64,000 bases of DNA from positions 33,948 through 97,947 of the forward strand of contig SHYR01000001.1 in assembly GCA_009692705.1 (NCBI GenBank), read 5' to 3'. Each line of letters starts with the position of its first letter. Within the stretch, counting starts at the first letter, position 1. The notes under the pieces were generated by a model. That model worked only from the letters and a program-made list of their open reading frames with translations, made no database searches and was not told where the DNA came from. Positions 26,019 to 34,525 of this stretch are shown here, in pieces. The DNA is from Dehalococcoidia bacterium. Its GTDB lineage: Bacteria > Chloroflexota > Dehalococcoidia > UBA2979. The translations under genes were made by a program, and so were the position numbers.

Positions 26019-27572
26019 CTAGCGCGCCGCGTGGCCGGAGGGCCACAGCAGCGCGCGCACGCGCTCTAGGTCGACGTGGGAGCGCACGTGCTGGGCGAGG
26101 CGGTCGAACTCCCGCTCGCGGTCGAAGGGCCGCCCCCCCGCGCCGCGCCGGCCGAGGGCGGCGAGCAGCGCGCCGCGCAGGGCGTCGTTGTGGAACAGCC
26201 CGTGCAGGTATGTGCCCGCCGCGCGCCCGTCCGCCGTGACCGCGCCGTCGGGGCGGCCGTCGAGCTCGAGCAGCGGCGCCACGACCGCGCCGCCGGTGCC
26301 CTCGCTGTGGCCCATGTGGATCTCGTAGCCGTCGACCGCGCAGCCGGCCGCCTGCTCCCACGGGCCGCATGCCGCCTGCACGCGGCCGTGCGCGCGGCGC
26401 GTCGCTTTCTCGGCGGCGAAGGTGGTGGTGATCGGAAGCAGCCCGAGCCCCGGCACCGCGGTGCCGGGCGGGGCCTCGACGCCGTCGGGGTCGAGCAGGC
26501 GCTCGCCCAGCATCTGGAAGCCGCCGCAGATGCCCAGCACCGGCGTGCCGCCACGGTGCAGCGCCACCACTGCGGCGGCGAGGCCGGCGCGGCGCAGCGC
26601 CTCGAGGTCGGCGATCGTTGCCTTCGTGCCGGGGAGGATCACGAGCGAGGGTGTGCCGAGGTCCTCCACGCGCGAGACGTAGCGCAGGCGCACCCCCGGC
26701 TCGTCGATGAACGGATCGAAGTCGTCGAAGTTCGCGATTCGCGCCAGCCGCAGCACCGCGATGTTCACCTCGACCGCGCGCGCCGGGTCGCGCGCCGCGC
26801 CGCGCTCCCCGGGGCCTTCCCCCGCGCGTTCGAGCGCGACGGCGTCTTCCTGCGCGATGCGCAGGTCGTCGAGCCACGGGATCACGCCGAGCACGGGCAC
26901 GCCGGTGCGCGCCTCGAGCTCCGCGATCGCCGGCGCGAGCAGCGAGGGATCGCCGCGGAAGCGGTTGATCAGGAAGCCGCGCACCAGCGCGCGCTCCTCC
27001 GCGGTCAGCAGCGCGAGCGTGCCGAGCAGGTGCGCGAATACCCCGCCGCGGTCGATGTCGCCGGCCAGCAGCACGACGGCGCCGGCGTGTCGCGCGACGC
27101 GCAGGTTCACGATGTCGCCCGCGCGCAGGTTCGGCTCCACCGCGGCACCGGCGCCCTCCGCCACCACCAGCTCGTACTGCGCGCGCAGACGGTCGAGCGC
27201 GCGCTCCACGGCGGGCCAGAGGTCGCGCTTGCGCTCGACGAACTCGCGCGAGCCGATCACGCCCGCCGGGCGGCCCTCCAGCACGACCTGGGAGGTACGG
27301 TCGCCCTGCGGCTTGAGCAGCACGGGGTTCATCAGCACGCTCGGGGCAAGCCCGGCCGCGGCCGCCTGTTCGGACTGCGCGCGCCCGATCTCGAGCCCGT
27401 CGGGGGTGACGTCGGCGTTGTTCGACATGTTCTGCGCTTTGAACGGCGCCACGCGCACGCCGTCCTGCCGGAAGATGCGGCAGAGCGCGGTCACCAGCAC
27501 CGACTTGCCCACGGAGGAGGCGGTGCCGAGCACCATCAGCACCGGTGTGGGAGTGGCGGGGCGGGCGGTCAC
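26019..27572 (-). CDS. cobQ: cobyric acid synthase
   Basis: 517 aa with the CobQ/CbiP N-terminal dethiobiotin-synthetase-like domain (MVLGTASSVGKSVLVTALCR) and C-terminal GATase1 (ICGGFQMLG...YEIHMGHS). Confidence 0.9.
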   Translation of the reverse strand: MTARPATPTPVLMVLGTASSVGKSVLVTALCRIFRQDGVRVAPFKAQNMSNNADVTPDGLEIGRAQSEQAAAAGLAPSVLMNPVLLKPQGDRTSQVVLEGRPAGVIGSREFVERKRDLWPAVERALDRLRAQYELVVAEGAGAAVEPNLRAGDIVNLRVARHAGAVVLLAGDIDRGGVFAHLLGTLALLTAEERALVRGFLINRFRGDPSLLAPAIAELEARTGVPVLGVIPWLDDLRIAQEDAVALERAGEGPGERGAARDPARAVEVNIAVLRLARIANFDDFDPFIDEPGVRLRYVSRVEDLGTPSLVILPGTKATIADLEALRRAGLAAAVVALHRGGTPVLGICGGFQMLGERLLDPDGVEAPPGTAVPGLGLLPITTTFAAEKATRRAHGRVQAACGPWEQAAGCAVDGYEIHMGHSEGTGGAVVAPLLELDGRPDGAVTADGRAAGTYLHGLFHNDALRGALLAALGRRGAGGRPFDREREFDRLAQHVRSHVDLERVRALLWPSGHAAR

Positions 27573-27582
27573 GTGCGAGCCC

Positions 27583-28389
27583 TCACGTGAGAAAGGTGGC
27601 GTCGAGCCAGCCGCGCGCGCCGGCGGCGACGATCGCGAGCCAGAGCGCCGCCTGCGCGATCTCGATCGCCGCGCCGTAGGTGTCGCCCGTCACGCCGTCT
27701 AGCATGCGCGCGCTGGCGTAGGCGATCGCGACCGCGGCGCCGGCGGCGACCGCCAGCAGCGCCAGCCCCTGCGGTCCGAACAGTGCGAGCGCGGCCGCGG
27801 CCGCGAGCACCGTCGCGAGCGGGACGGCGAGCGGCCACGCGGCGGCGTGCAGCGCGTGCCCGAGCCCGCGCGGGCGCGCGGGGTGGAATAGCACCACCAC
27901 CGGGACCACCGCCCAGCGCGCCAGCGCCGGCGCTAGCACGATGCCCGCGGAGCGTACCGGCGCGGCCAGCGAGGCGAGCGCGGTCCACGTCACCAGCAGC
28001 ACGAGCACCAGCGCCATCACGCCGGCGGGGCCGGTGTTGCCCTCGCTCATGATGCCGAGGCGCTCGGCGCGGTCGCCCTGTAGCGCGAGGCCGTCGGCGG
28101 TGTCGGCGATGCCGTCGAGGTGCAGCCCGCCGCTGAGCAGCACTAGCGCGGCGACGAGCAGCGCCGACGCGGGCCCGCTCGGCAGTAGCCGCTCGAGGCC
28201 GCGGTCGAGCAGCAGTAGCACGATGCCGATCGCGAGGCCGACGAGCGGGTACCACGCCAGCGCCGCGCCGAAGCTGCGGTCGTCCCACTGCCGGACGCGG
28301 CGCAGGCGCAGCGGGGTGAGGAACTCCAGCGCGATCAGCGGGGAGGGCCACACGTGGGCGCGCGCGCTGCGGGCGAGGGCGGAGCGCAT
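27583..28389 (-). CDS. cobS: adenosylcobinamide-GDP ribazoletransferase (cobalamin synthase)
   Basis: Polytopic membrane protein with the CobS motif (GGLHLDGIADTADGL). Confidence 0.85.
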   Translation of the reverse strand: MRSALARSARAHVWPSPLIALEFLTPLRLRRVRQWDDRSFGAALAWYPLVGLAIGIVLLLLDRGLERLLPSGPASALLVAALVLLSGGLHLDGIADTADGLALQGDRAERLGIMSEGNTGPAGVMALVLVLLVTWTALASLAAPVRSAGIVLAPALARWAVVPVVVLFHPARPRGLGHALHAAAWPLAVPLATVLAAAAALALFGPQGLALLAVAAGAAVAIAYASARMLDGVTGDTYGAAIEIAQAALWLAIVAAGARGWLDATFLT

Positions 28390-28398
28390 CGGCGACCG

Positions 28399-29496
28399 CT
28401 ACGACTCTGGCGGCACGACGTCGTCGGAGTCGTCGACGCCGGCCTCCTCGAAGGTCGCCATCTCGTCGAGCAGGCGGCAGGCGGCGACGCAGAGCGTGAT
28501 GCCGAGCGCCGCGCCGGTGCCCTCGCCGAGCCGCATGCCGAGGTCGATCAGCGGTTCGAGGCGCAGCCACTCGAGCATCGCCGCGTGCCCCGGCTCCACC
28601 GAGCGGTGCGAGGCGATCAGGCAGGCGCGCGCCGCCGACGCGACCGCGTCCGCCACCAGCGCGGCGGCGCCCGAGATCATGCCGTCCATCACCGCGGGCA
28701 CGCGCGCGGCGGCGGCGGCGAGGTAGACGCCGGCCAGCACGCCGATCTCGAAGCCGCCGAGGGCCGCCAGCAGCCCGACGCCGTCGGCCGGGTCGGGGGC
28801 ATTCACGGCCAGCGCGCGCTCGATCGCCACGACCTTGGCCTCGAAGCGCGCGTCGTCGATGCCGGTGCCGCGGCCGGTGACGGCGCGCGGCGGGCGACGC
28901 GTGACCGCCGCGACGATCGCCGCGGCAGCGGTGGAGTTGCCGATGCCCATGTCGCCGAGGCCCACGATGTCGACGCCAGCCCCGGCGCGCTCCGCCTCGA
29001 ACAGCGCGATGCCCTCTGCGAGCGCGCGCTCGGCGAGCGCGCGCGGCATCGCCGGGCCGCGAGTGAAATCCGCGGTGCCGGGGCCGAGGCGCAGGCGCAG
29101 CAGTTGCGGCGAGTGCGGCGTTTCGGCGGCGACCCCGGCGTCGACGACGCGCACGCGGGCGCCGGCGTGGCGGGCGAGCACGTTGATCGCGGCGCCGCCG
29201 GCGAGGAAGTTCGCCACCATCTGCGCGGTCACGGACTGCGGGTAGGCGGAGACGCCCTGCGCGGTCACGCCGTGATCGCCGGCGGCCACCACCACCAGGC
29301 GGCGGTCCAGTCGCGGGCGCTGCTGGCCGGTGATGCCGGCGATGCGCGTCGCCAGCGCCTCGAGGCGGCCGAGCGAGCCGGGCGGCTTGGTGAGGCGGTC
29401 CTGCCGCGCCGCGGCGTGCGTCGCCGCGTCCGCATCGGGCGGAGCGATCGCGCGCACGGTGCGCTCGAGCAGGGCGGCGGGATCGGTCACGGGCAT
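28399..29496 (-). CDS. cobT: nicotinate-nucleotide--dimethylbenzimidazole phosphoribosyltransferase
   Basis: CobT family (KPPGSLGRLE...VVVAAGDHGV...GLGDMGIGNSTAAAA...GEGTGAAL). Confidence 0.9.
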   Translation of the reverse strand: MPVTDPAALLERTVRAIAPPDADAATHAAARQDRLTKPPGSLGRLEALATRIAGITGQQRPRLDRRLVVVAAGDHGVTAQGVSAYPQSVTAQMVANFLAGGAAINVLARHAGARVRVVDAGVAAETPHSPQLLRLRLGPGTADFTRGPAMPRALAERALAEGIALFEAERAGAGVDIVGLGDMGIGNSTAAAAIVAAVTRRPPRAVTGRGTGIDDARFEAKVVAIERALAVNAPDPADGVGLLAALGGFEIGVLAGVYLAAAAARVPAVMDGMISGAAALVADAVASAARACLIASHRSVEPGHAAMLEWLRLEPLIDLGMRLGEGTGAALGITLCVAACRLLDEMATFEEAGVDDSDDVVPPES

Positions 29497-30143
29497 CAGT
29501 AGTCGATCCCCGGTTGCGCCTTGATGCCGGACTGGTAGGGGTGCTTGATCTCGCGCATCTCGGTCACCAGGTCCGCGAACGCTACCAGCTCCGGCGCGGC
29601 GTCACGGCCGGTCAGGATCACATCGACATTGGCGGGGCGCGCCCGCAGCGTCTCGATCACGTCCTGCACGTCGAGCCAGCCGTAGGTGATGGCGTAGGTG
29701 ATCTCGTCCAGCACGACCAGGTCGTACTGCGCGGAGTTCAGCTTCTCGCGCGCCAGTGCCCAGCACTCGCGTGCCAGCGCCTTGTCGTGCTCGATGTCCT
29801 GCGAGAGCCAGGTGAAGCCGTCGCCGAGCGGGATCATCTCGATCCCCATGCGCTCGGCGGAGCGCTGCTCGCCGTAGTGCGAGGTCTTGGACTTGATGAA
29901 CTGGAGCCAGCAGATCTTCCAGCCGCGGCCCCACGCGCGCATCGTCACCCCGAGCGCGGAGGTAGTCTTGCCCTTGCCGTTGCCGGTGTAGAGCACCACC
30001 AGCGGGTGCTTCTTGGGGAACAGCCCCTCCCACCGCCCCCGCCACTGCTCGACGGCGGCGTCGGGATCGACGAACTGCTGCGTGGCACGCGGCGGCGCCG
30101 CTCCCGCCTCCGCGCCGCCGGCGCTGCGCGCTTCTTCAGCCAC
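29496..30143 (-). CDS. cobO: cob(I)yrinic acid a,c-diamide adenosyltransferase
   Basis: CobA/CobO/BtuR family P-loop (YTGNGKGKTTSALGVTMRAWGRGWKICWLQF). Its stop overlaps the cobT start. Confidence 0.85.
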   Translation of the reverse strand: MAEEARSAGGAEAGAAPPRATQQFVDPDAAVEQWRGRWEGLFPKKHPLVVLYTGNGKGKTTSALGVTMRAWGRGWKICWLQFIKSKTSHYGEQRSAERMGIEMIPLGDGFTWLSQDIEHDKALARECWALAREKLNSAQYDLVVLDEITYAITYGWLDVQDVIETLRARPANVDVILTGRDAAPELVAFADLVTEMREIKHPYQSGIKAQPGIDY

Positions 30144-30975
30144 GCGCGTCCTCCAGCACTGCCGGCACCACGAGCGGGGCGCCGCTCCGCGGGTGGCGGA
30201 TCACCTCGACGCGGTCGCCGTAGGCGCGGCGCACGTGCTCCGCCGTCAGCACCGCCTCCGGCGCCCCCGCCACCACGATGCGGCCGCTGTGCAGGAGCGC
30301 GATGCGATCGCAGTATGCGGCCGCCAGCGTCAGATCGTGCACCACCACCAGCACGCCGGCGCCGTCCGCCGCCAGCTCCCGCAGGAGCGCGAAGATCTCG
30401 CCCTGCGCCTGCGGGTCGAGGTTCGCGGTCGGCTCATCGAGCAGCAGCAGCGCCGGTTCCTGCGCGAGCGCGCGCGCGACGAAGGCGCGGCGGCGCTCTC
30501 CGCCAGAGAGCGTGCCGAGCGCGCGTCCGGCGAAGCGGGCGCAGCCGGCGCGCCGCATCGCCTCCCCGGCGGCGGCGTAGTCGCGGGCGGACTCGCGGCC
30601 CAGCAGCCGCAGGTGGGGCGTGCGGCCGAGCAGCACGAGCTCCGCCACCGCCATTGTTGTGGGCGCTTCCGGTAGCTGCTGCACGACCGCGACCAGCCGC
30701 GCCAGCGCGCGCGGTGAGAGCGCGTGCAGCGGGCGGCCCGCCACCTCCACGCGCCCGCTGGCGAGCGGCACGCGCGCGGTGGCGGCGCGCAGCAGCGTGG
30801 TCTTGCCGGCGCCGTTCGGCCCGACGAGGCCGAGCAGCTCGCCGGCCCGCAGCGTGAGCGTCGCGCCGTCGAGCACGCGCTGGCCGTCGAGGTCGACGCA
30901 GACGTCCTCGGTCGCCAGCAGCGGCACGGTTGGCGCGACGGTGGTTGGCGCGGCGGTGGCCGGTGCGGCGGTCAT
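30136..30975 (-). CDS. btuD: ABC transporter ATP-binding protein, BtuD/FecE (iron-siderophore/cobalamin) type
   Basis: Walker A (GPNGAGKTTLL), signature (LSGGERRRAFVARAL) and Walker B (LLLLDEPTANLD). It lies within the B12 riboswitch operon. Confidence 0.85.
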   Translation of the reverse strand: MTAAPATAAPTTVAPTVPLLATEDVCVDLDGQRVLDGATLTLRAGELLGLVGPNGAGKTTLLRAATARVPLASGRVEVAGRPLHALSPRALARLVAVVQQLPEAPTTMAVAELVLLGRTPHLRLLGRESARDYAAAGEAMRRAGCARFAGRALGTLSGGERRRAFVARALAQEPALLLLDEPTANLDPQAQGEIFALLRELAADGAGVLVVVHDLTLAAAYCDRIALLHSGRIVVAGAPEAVLTAEHVRRAYGDRVEVIRHPRSGAPLVVPAVLEDARG

Positions 30976-32081
30976 CGCAGGCCGTCCACGCGGCGTGCGC
31001 GCAGCAGGTAGAGGAAGAAGGGCGCGCCCGTCAGCGCCGTGACGATGCCGACGGGCACCTCCTGCGGTGCGAGCAGCGAGCGCGACAGCACGTCCGCCAG
31101 CACGAGGAAGCTCGCTCCCAGCAGCGCGGTGAGCGGCAGCAGCCGCCGGTAGTCACCGCCGAACAGCATGCGCACGGCGTGCGGCACGATCAGCCCAACG
31201 AAGCCGATCACGCCGGCGATCGCGACCGCGGTCGCCGCCACCAGCGAGGCAGCGGCGAGCACGATCAACTTCGTGCGCGTGACGTCCACGCCGAGCTGTG
31301 CCGCCTGCTCCTCGTCGAGCTGGAGCACGTTGAGGATACGCCCGTGCGCGCCCACCACCAGCGCCCCCAGCACGACGTAGGGCGCGCCGATCAGCAACCG
31401 CTCCCAGCTCGCGGTGTTGAAGCTGCCGAACAGGAAGGCGAAGACGGGCTGCGCGCGCTGCCCACCGGTGAGCAGGATGAAGGAGGTGACCGAGCCGAAG
31501 ATGGCGGAGATCGCCACCCCGGCGAGGATCAGCGTGGCGTTCGAGACCGCCGCACCGGCGCGCGCCACCAGGTAGGCGCCGAGCACGGCGACGGCCGCGC
31601 CGCCGAACGCGCACAGCGGCACCCAGCCGAAGCCGTACGAGCCGGTCGGCAGCGGCAAGACGTGCGCGATCGCCGCGCCGAAGGCCGCCCCTGCCGCCAC
31701 ACCGAGCAGGTACGGCTCCGCCAGCGGGTTGCGGAATACGCCCTGGTACGCCGCCCCGGAGAAGGCCAGCCCCCCGCCCACCAGCGCGGCGGCGAGCACC
31801 CGCGGCAGCCGCACGTCGATCACGATGCGCTCCCAGGTGTCGGGAGCGGAGACGCCGAGGTGGACGAATGGCAGGCGTTGCACCAGCAACGCAAGCGCGG
31901 TGCCGGGCGGGATCGCGGCTGCGCCCTGGGTGAGGGCGAAGCCGAGCACCAGCACCAGCAGCGCGGCGGCGAGCGCGAGCGGCCCGAGCACGGCGAGGCG
32001 GCTACGGCGGTACGCGCCCGCGGCGATCTCGGGCGCGCGGACGCTGGGCTCGCTCCCCTGCACCTCTGCCACGTCTATCAC
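30972..32081 (-). CDS. btuC: FecCD-family ABC permease (BtuC-like)
   Basis: About 9 TM segments and FecCD signature blocks (RLPRVLAAALVGGGLAFSGAAYQGVFRNPLAEPYLLGV). Confidence 0.85.
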   Translation of the reverse strand: MIDVAEVQGSEPSVRAPEIAAGAYRRSRLAVLGPLALAAALLVLVLGFALTQGAAAIPPGTALALLVQRLPFVHLGVSAPDTWERIVIDVRLPRVLAAALVGGGLAFSGAAYQGVFRNPLAEPYLLGVAAGAAFGAAIAHVLPLPTGSYGFGWVPLCAFGGAAVAVLGAYLVARAGAAVSNATLILAGVAISAIFGSVTSFILLTGGQRAQPVFAFLFGSFNTASWERLLIGAPYVVLGALVVGAHGRILNVLQLDEEQAAQLGVDVTRTKLIVLAAASLVAATAVAIAGVIGFVGLIVPHAVRMLFGGDYRRLLPLTALLGASFLVLADVLSRSLLAPQEVPVGIVTALTGAPFFLYLLRARRVDGLR

Positions 32082-32095
32082 CGCGTTGCCTCCAG

Positions 32096-33088
32096 CTACT
32101 TGAAGCGGTCGGGGTAGAGCGCCCTCGCGAGCGCCTCGATGCCGTCGGCGATGCGCGGTCCCGGGCGGTCGACGATGTTGGTGTCGATCGCGTAGACGCG
32201 GCGGTTCTTGACCGCGGAGACGGCGGCCCAGCCGGGCCGCTTCGCGACGGTGTCGTAGCTCTCACCGAAGGCGGCGTCGCCGAGCATCACTACCTCCGGG
32301 TCGGCGGCGATCACGGCCTCCGCCGTGAGCTGCGGGAACGGCGAGGGTGCTCCCGCCGCGATGTTGCGCGCCTTGATCGCGATGAACATCCCGCCGATGA
32401 AGGTGTTGGGCGCGGCGGTGTAGAGGTCCTTCGTCACCTCGTAGAACACGCGCGGTCCCTGCGGCACGTCCGCCACGCCCTGTGTCACCGCCTCGATGCG
32501 AGTGCGCATCTGCGCCACCACCCGCTGCGCCTGCTCGCTGTTCCCGGTGACGCGGCCCAGCAGGATGATCTGCTCGTAGACGCCGTCGATCGAGGAGGCC
32601 TCCTGCTGGTAGAGCACGTTTAGCTTGAGGTCGCGGAACGGCTTCACCTGGTCACGCTGGCGGGTGGCGAACAGCACGAGGTCCGGTTGGTGCGCGAGCG
32701 CCGCCTCGGGGTTTGGGTCGCTGTATTCCAGCTTCGGCAGGCGCTTCGCCTGCTCGGGGTAGTCGGAGAACTTGTCGACCGCCACCACGCGCTCGCTGGC
32801 GCCGATCGCGAACAGGATCTCGGTCGCGCCCGGCGAGTACGAGATGATGCGCTGCGGCGGCGCTTGGATCGTGACGGCAGTATTTGAGGAGTCTGTGACG
32901 ATGAGCGGGAATGCGGGCGCGCTGGTCGTGGCCGCCACCGTGGGCGTGGAGGTCGCGGGCGCTGCCTCCTCGCCGCCGCCGCAAGCCACGGTGGCGAAGG
33001 CGAGCGCGAGCAGCAGCGCCGTCGGCGCGCGGCCGGGGCGGAACAGGGAGCGCAACGGGAAGCGGGACACGGTGAACCTCCGCACCAT
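32096..33088 (-). CDS. btuF: cobalamin/siderophore-type substrate-binding lipoprotein (BtuF-like, cluster A-2)
   Basis: Start set at ATG 33088 (MVRRFTVSRFPLRSLFRPGRAPTALLLALAFATVACGGG lipobox). The longer track ORF (to 33196) would run into the riboswitch. It has a periplasmic binding protein fold (RIISYSPGATEIL...PDLVLF). Confidence 0.8.
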   Translation of the reverse strand: MVRRFTVSRFPLRSLFRPGRAPTALLLALAFATVACGGGEEAAPATSTPTVAATTSAPAFPLIVTDSSNTAVTIQAPPQRIISYSPGATEILFAIGASERVVAVDKFSDYPEQAKRLPKLEYSDPNPEAALAHQPDLVLFATRQRDQVKPFRDLKLNVLYQQEASSIDGVYEQIILLGRVTGNSEQAQRVVAQMRTRIEAVTQGVADVPQGPRVFYEVTKDLYTAAPNTFIGGMFIAIKARNIAAGAPSPFPQLTAEAVIAADPEVVMLGDAAFGESYDTVAKRPGWAAVSAVKNRRVYAIDTNIVDRPGPRIADGIEALARALYPDRFK

Positions 33089-33199
33089 GGTGCGAGGAGG
33101 CGACGCGCGCGGCCGCCAGCACAAACAACCCATCGCCGAGGCGAGGGGCTCGTGCGGAAGCGGCTGGGTGGAGGGACGCGCTTGCGTCCCAGCCACGTG

Positions 33200-33360
33200 C
33201 CGTCCCCGATCCTCGCGGGGCTCTGACAGCTGGCGTAGGCCGGTAGCCTGGCTCGTCGCGGCGGCGTCCCGAGGGGGAGGCCGCGCGGCTTACAGTTGCG
33301 GGTCAGCGCCGGAGTTGCACCGGACTTCCCCAGTCTCTACGCCGAGACGCGTTGGACGCT
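33200..33360 (-). ncRNA. cobalamin (AdoCbl) riboswitch in the 5' leader of btuF-btuC-btuD-cobO-cobT-cobS-cobQ-cobU
   Basis: Minus-strand reading gives GGGGAAGTCCGGTGCAACTCCGGCGCTGACCCGCAACTGTAAGCCGCG...GACGAGCCAGGCTACCGGCC. This matches the conserved core (GGAAGCCGGTGAAAATCCGGCGC.G.CCCGCAACTGTAA) and the B12-box (AGCCAGGATACCTGCC) of RF00174. It sits about 110 nt upstream of the btuF start. Confidence 0.8.
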
Positions 33361-33462
33361 ACCATGCGGCCGGGTGGCTCGCCAGCGGGGGCCCGTGGTC
33401 GCCCGCCGCGGGCGCCTGCGCCGGGCGCTTCTGCGCTCGGTAGAGAATTCGGAAATCACCGG

Positions 33463-33490
33463 TTGACAAACGCGGCGCGGTGACTATGCT
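33463..33490 (+). promoter_or_regulatory. strong sigma-70-like promoter TTGACA-N16-TATGCT
   Basis: Consensus -35 TTGACA at 33463..33468, a 16-nt spacer, then TATGCT at 33485..33490. It faces away from the cob operon and towards the small zinc-ribbon ORF. Confidence 0.55.
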
Positions 33491-33713
33491 CTTGTTGTCA
33501 CAATCACGAATTAGACGCGATTGTGATGGGACGCAGCCGCGTCTTGCCGAATTCCCGCTCAGGTGGGGACCGGGGGAACCAACACTTTGGGTGAACCCTC
33601 CTCGCAGGGCGGGCCACTCTGTTCGGCCCGAACGAGTCAGCTAACCCAGGAGGCAATGGGAGCAGGCCCGGCCGGATGGCTACCGGCTTGGATCGTTCCC
33701 GGGAGAGACTGCT
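33491..33713 (+). other. ~220-nt low-GC structured leader / candidate small RNA between promoter and zinc-ribbon ORF
   Basis: Contains an 8-bp perfect hairpin TCACAATC-(13 nt)-GATTGTGA at 33498..33526, a GGGCC...GGCCC stem, and the near-palindrome GTTCGGCCCGAAC. GC is markedly lower than the surroundings. No known riboswitch or sRNA family is recognisable by eye. Confidence 0.35.
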
Positions 33714-33926
33714 GTGATCAATACCTCGCCGCCCCGTAACTGCCCGCGCTGCCAGGGCCTCGTGATCGTCGAAGACGACGCCTACGGCCAGTTTGGCACC
33801 TGCATCACCTGCGGCTACGTTCACGAGACGCAGCGCGCCGACCCGCGCGAGCTGGTGGAAGAGGAGCGCCTGGCCGCCGGCAAGCAGCGCCGCCGCCAGC
33901 CGTCGCACGGCAAGTTGCGCCTCTAG
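33714..33926 (+). CDS. small zinc-ribbon protein (CxxC-N17-CxxC), 70 aa
   Basis: GTG start with a GGGAGAGA RBS 9 nt upstream. Sequence MINTSPPRNCPRCQGLVIVEDDAYGQFGTCITCGYVHETQRADPRELVEEERLAAGKQRRRQPSHGKLRL has a basic C-terminal tail. It is followed by a perfect terminator. Confidence 0.45.
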   Translation: MINTSPPRNCPRCQGLVIVEDDAYGQFGTCITCGYVHETQRADPRELVEEERLAAGKQRRRQPSHGKLRL

Positions 33927-33952
33927 CCCGCGGTCGCGGTCGAGCACACCAT

Positions 33953-33982
33953 AAGGGCCCGCTCACGCGGGCCCTTATTCAT
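33953..33982 (+). terminator. rho-independent terminator (10-bp perfect stem AAGGGCCCGC-tcac-GCGGGCCCTT then ATTCAT)
   Basis: Perfect GC-rich hairpin 27 nt after the zinc-ribbon ORF stop, followed by a T-containing tail. Confidence 0.65.
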
Positions 33983-34251
33983 GTCGATCTCCGCGCCGGG
34001 TTTCCGGCACGGCCCAGCCACTGGCGTTACCACGAGCAGCGAGCGGGCCTTGCGGCGGCAGCCAGTACGGGCTTCCGCGCGCCCGTTCATCGGCGGTCGC
34101 GGCCTCGCATATAGGGATGGCGGGTGCGGAAGTGCGGGGCGCAGGCCCCGCGGATCGTGGGCGCGCCGGCCGGGGAAGTTATGGGGTCCCCCTATTAGGA
34201 GCGGCGTCCATGGCCCATAGCATGCCGTCCAGCGAGCAAGTGAGGTGACCG

Positions 34252-34512
34252 GTGGACGGGATCAAGGACGGGATCGAGATCGTGTCTGCTGACCTCCCGC
34301 GCTGCGTGCACCACTGGGTGCTGGCGGAGCCGGCGCGCTCCGATGGTCGACATGTTGGCCTCGGTCTCGCGACCGTGGCCGAGCTGGTGCAGGCGCACGG
34401 TGGAAGCGTGCAGGCGCGCTCCTCGCCGGAGACGGGGACGGTGATCACGGTGCGGCTGCTGCGCGCCGGGCCGGAGGGCTACGCTGTGGAGGCTGGGCAG
34501 ACGAGGAAGTAA
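34252..34512 (+). pseudogene. histidine-kinase C-terminal (HATPase_c) fragment, remnant
   Basis: The 86-aa ORF carries only the G2-box region of a sensor kinase (GLGLATVAELVQAHGGSVQARSSPETGTVITVRLL). A TGA lies in-frame just upstream. No HisKA, G1 box or TM domains are present. Confidence 0.5.
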
Positions 34513-34525
34513 GGAGAGCAAGCGA

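Noticed and set aside
33481-33713. SRP RNA, tRNA-like or 6C RNA identity for the structured leader
   Set aside because: No CAGG...GGAAGCAGC domain-IV motif, no T-loop GGTTCGAATCC, and no paired C-rich loops typical of 6C. It is left as an unclassified structured RNA.
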